From positions 4,679-68,678 of the forward strand of contig JAQGNH010000254.1 in NCBI GenBank assembly GCA_028291945.1: a stretch of 64,000 nt of DNA, given 5' to 3'. Positions 61,751-64,000 of this stretch are shown piece after piece. The notes under the pieces were generated by a model. The model had not been told where the DNA came from. It did no database searches and was given only the letters and a program-made list of their open reading frames with translations. Source of the stretch: Betaproteobacteria bacterium. Lineage in GTDB: Bacteria > Pseudomonadota > Gammaproteobacteria > Burkholderiales > SG8-41. Numbering within the stretch: the first letter of the stretch is position 1; each line of letters starts with the position of its first letter. A program made the position numbers and the translations under genes.

Positions 61751-63106
61751 GTGTTCGAAAAAATCCTGATCGCCAACCGTGGCGAGATCGCCCTGCGCAT
61801 ACAGCGCGCGTGCCGCGAAATGAGCATCAAAACGGTGGTCGTGCACTCGGAGGCTGACGCCGAGGCGAAGTATGTCAAGCTCGCCGACGAGTCGGTCTGC
61901 ATAGGTCCGCCCGCTTCGAGTGGCAGCTACCTCAACATTCCCGCCATCATCAGCGCTGCCGAAGTCACCGACGCTGAAGCGATCCACCCCGGCTACGGTT
62001 TTCTCTCTGAGAACGCCGATTTCGCCGAGCGCGTGGAACAGAGCGGCTTCGTCTTCATAGGGCCCCGGGCTGAAACGATTCGTCTCATGGGCGACAAGGT
62101 GAGCGCCAAAAACGCCATGAAGAAAGCCGGTATACCGGTCGTACCGGGCATCGACAGCACGCTGCCGGACGATCCGAAGGAGATCATCAAGATGGGTCGC
62201 GAGATCGGGTACCCGGTCATCGTGAAGTCGGCGGGTGGGGGGGGCGGCAGGGGAATGCGGACTGTGCACACCGAAGCCGCGCTCCTCAACGCGGTAAACA
62301 CGACGCGCGCGGAGGCGCAGGCTGCTTTTGGCAATCCGGCCGTGTACATTGAGAAATTTCTGGAAAAGCCGCGGCACATCGAAATACAGGTGCTCGCGGA
62401 CAAACATCGAAATGCGATCTATCTCGGTGACCGCGACTGCTCGATGCAGCGCCGCCACCAGAAAGTCATCGAGGAAGCGCCTGCGCCGCACATCAATCCG
62501 CGCGCGCGGCTCCGGATCGGCGAGCGGTGCGCCGAGGCATGCCGCAAGATCGGCTATGAAGGTGCGGGCACATTCGAGTTTCTGTATGAAAACGGTGAGT
62601 TCTACTTCATTGAGATGAACACGCGTGTTCAGGTCGAGCACCCGGTTACGGAGATGATTACCGGCATTGACATCGTGCAGCAGCAGATCCGCATTGCCTG
62701 CAACGAAAAGCTGCCGGTCAAACAGCGTGACGTGCAGCTGAGAGGCCACGCCATCGAATGCCGCATCAACGCCGAAGACCCGTACAAATTCACGCCTTCG
62801 CCCGGGCGCATTACCTCTCTGCACATGCCGGGCGGCCCTGGGATCCGGGTGGATTCCCACGCGTATAGCGGCTATTTCGTTCCGCCGTACTACGACTCGC
62901 TGATCGGCAAGATCATCGCGTATGGCGACACCCGCGAGCAGGCGATCGCCCGCCTCCACGTCGCACTCTCCGAGACGGTGATCGAAGGCATCAAGACCAA
63001 TATCTCGCTCCATCAGGACCTGCTGCACGACAGCGCCTTCGTTCGCGGCGGCACCAGCATCCATTACCTCGAAGAGAAGCTCGCGAAGCTCGCCACCAAG
63101 CAGTGA
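61751..63106 (+). CDS. accC: acetyl-CoA carboxylase biotin carboxylase subunit
   Basis: '[16 protein letters not shown]...GGGGRGMR...[14 protein letters not shown]'; 451 aa. Confidence 0.97.
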   Translation: MFEKILIANRGEIALRIQRACREMSIKTVVVHSEADAEAKYVKLADESVCIGPPASSGSYLNIPAIISAAEVTDAEAIHPGYGFLSENADFAERVEQSGFVFIGPRAETIRLMGDKVSAKNAMKKAGIPVVPGIDSTLPDDPKEIIKMGREIGYPVIVKSAGGGGGRGMRTVHTEAALLNAVNTTRAEAQAAFGNPAVYIEKFLEKPRHIEIQVLADKHRNAIYLGDRDCSMQRRHQKVIEEAPAPHINPRARLRIGERCAEACRKIGYEGAGTFEFLYENGEFYFIEMNTRVQVEHPVTEMITGIDIVQQQIRIACNEKLPVKQRDVQLRGHAIECRINAEDPYKFTPSPGRITSLHMPGGPGIRVDSHAYSGYFVPPYYDSLIGKIIAYGDTREQAIARLHVALSETVIEGIKTNISLHQDLLHDSAFVRGGTSIHYLEEKLAKLATKQ

Positions 63107-63119
63107 TACTCGTTTCGTC

Positions 63120-64000
63120 ATGCCCTGGCTTTCCGCCACCTTCGTTGTCGATACCGCCCTGGTCGATCCTCTGTCGGACGCCCTGATCGACGCCGGCGCA
63201 ATAAGCGTCGATGTGTCCGACGCGGATGCGGGAACCGCCTGGGAACGGCCCGTCTTCGATGAGCCGGACTACCCGGCGTCCTCGACCTGGTCGAAGGCAC
63301 GCCTGTCCGCTCTCTTCGGCGCTGACGCCAACGTATCCGCGGCAATGGCATCTGCCTGCGAGCGAGCAGGTGTCACACCCGCAACCGCGTTCGAGGTCGC
63401 GCGTGTCGAAGACGACGACTGGGTCCGCCGGACACAAGCGCAGTTCACGCCACAGCACGTGACCCAGAGACTTTGGATCGTCCCGAGCTGGCATGAGGCA
63501 CCGGAGCCCGATGCGCTGAACATCGTGCTCGATCCCGGGCTCGCTTTCGGAACGGGCACCCATGCCACGACGCGGCTGTGCCTCAGATGGCTCGACCGCG
63601 TCGTGCGCGGCGGGGAATCGATGATCGATTTCGGCTGCGGCTCGGGTATTCTGGCAATCGCTGCGCTCAAGCTTGGCGCGGCGCGTGCTTCGGGTGTCGA
63701 CATCGATCCGCAGGCGATTGTCGCTGCGCGTCGCAACGCCGTGCAGAATCGCGCTGCGGCAAATTTCGTCTCAGCTGCGGACCATCTGAGCGAGCCGGCA
63801 GATATCCTCGTCGCCAACATTCTCGCGCAGCCGCTGATCGTTCTGGCGCCACTGCTTGCGGAACTGACGCGGCAGGGCGGCCGGCTCGCGCTTTCGGGCA
63901 TACTCGTCGAGCAGGCGGCGGAGGTGCAGGAGACTTACGGAGCATGGTACGATTTCGAGCCTACGCAGGACGAGGACGGGTGGGTGCTCATATCCGGCGT
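63120..64000 (+). CDS. prmA: ribosomal protein L11 methyltransferase (3' end outside the window)
   Basis: My own translation from ATG 63120 reads 'MPWLSATFVVD...RLWIVPSWHE...LDPGLAFGTGTHATTRLCLRWL...DFGCGSGILAIAALKLGA'. It is open to the window end, so it is absent from the ORF track. Confidence 0.9.
   Translation, partial: MPWLSATFVVDTALVDPLSDALIDAGAISVDVSDADAGTAWERPVFDEPDYPASSTWSKARLSALFGADANVSAAMASACERAGVTPATAFEVARVEDDDWVRRTQAQFTPQHVTQRLWIVPSWHEAPEPDALNIVLDPGLAFGTGTHATTRLCLRWLDRVVRGGESMIDFGCGSGILAIAALKLGAARASGVDIDPQAIVAARRNAVQNRAAANFVSAADHLSEPADILVANILAQPLIVLAPLLAELTRQGGRLALSGILVEQAAEVQETYGAWYDFEPTQDEDGWVLISG

Noticed and set aside
61682-63139. Long antisense ORFs opposite strong genes (this one opposite accC; likewise 12689-13438 opposite groEL, 22024-22926 opposite the 317-aa gene, 24477-25247, 38901-39779, 41484-42155 and many more)
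   Set aside because: These are typical high-GC shadow frames. Their translations are Arg/His/Asp-rich with no motifs, and each overlaps a gene with clear family signatures.

Overview
High-GC proteobacterial chromosome segment. Gene content points to a Burkholderiales-type betaproteobacterium: five 'Bug'/TctC-family periplasmic receptors, algR-hemCDXY synteny, ubiC-ubiA-ubiD, and a CIRCE operator in front of groESL. About 60 protein genes are supported, and most are ordinary core genes: partial acyl-CoA dehydrogenase, APC permease, recG, ubiCAD, dacB, bioA, groES/groEL, hemA-prfA-prmC-grxD, an xsc-like ThDP enzyme, argH, a LytS/LytTR pair, hemC-hemD-hemX-hemY, cutA-dsbD-tlpA and aroQ-accB-accC-prmA. 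Two regions stand out. (1) 14.4-23.2 kb is a patchy accessory zone. It holds a ~65-nt interspersed repeat and a compact group II intron with class C hallmarks, inserted directly behind the groESL terminator; its reverse transcriptase carries an in-frame TAG. It also holds tRNA-Phe with no integrase nearby, a stand-alone GIY-YIG-like ORF, two 3' remnants of CoA-transferase genes, and several unrecognisable but clearly coding genes. One of these is a 317-aa protein paired with an IHF-like protein that lacks the DNA-intercalating proline. (2) 27-40.7 kb is a dense minus-strand catabolic cluster: family III CoA-transferase, double-hotdog hydratase, CitE-like lyase, MmgE/PrpD, a divergent DRE-TIM lyase, a triple-RidA protein, four Bug receptors and IclR, with a divergent prpB-like lyase. 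By composition it resembles itaconate/C5-dicarboxylate CoA-dependent degradation loci, but it is not identical to any I can name. I saw no rRNA, CRISPR array, transposase or integrase. All calls come from reading the translations and the DNA by eye; no searches or folding programs were run, and start codons and RNA boundaries are approximate.
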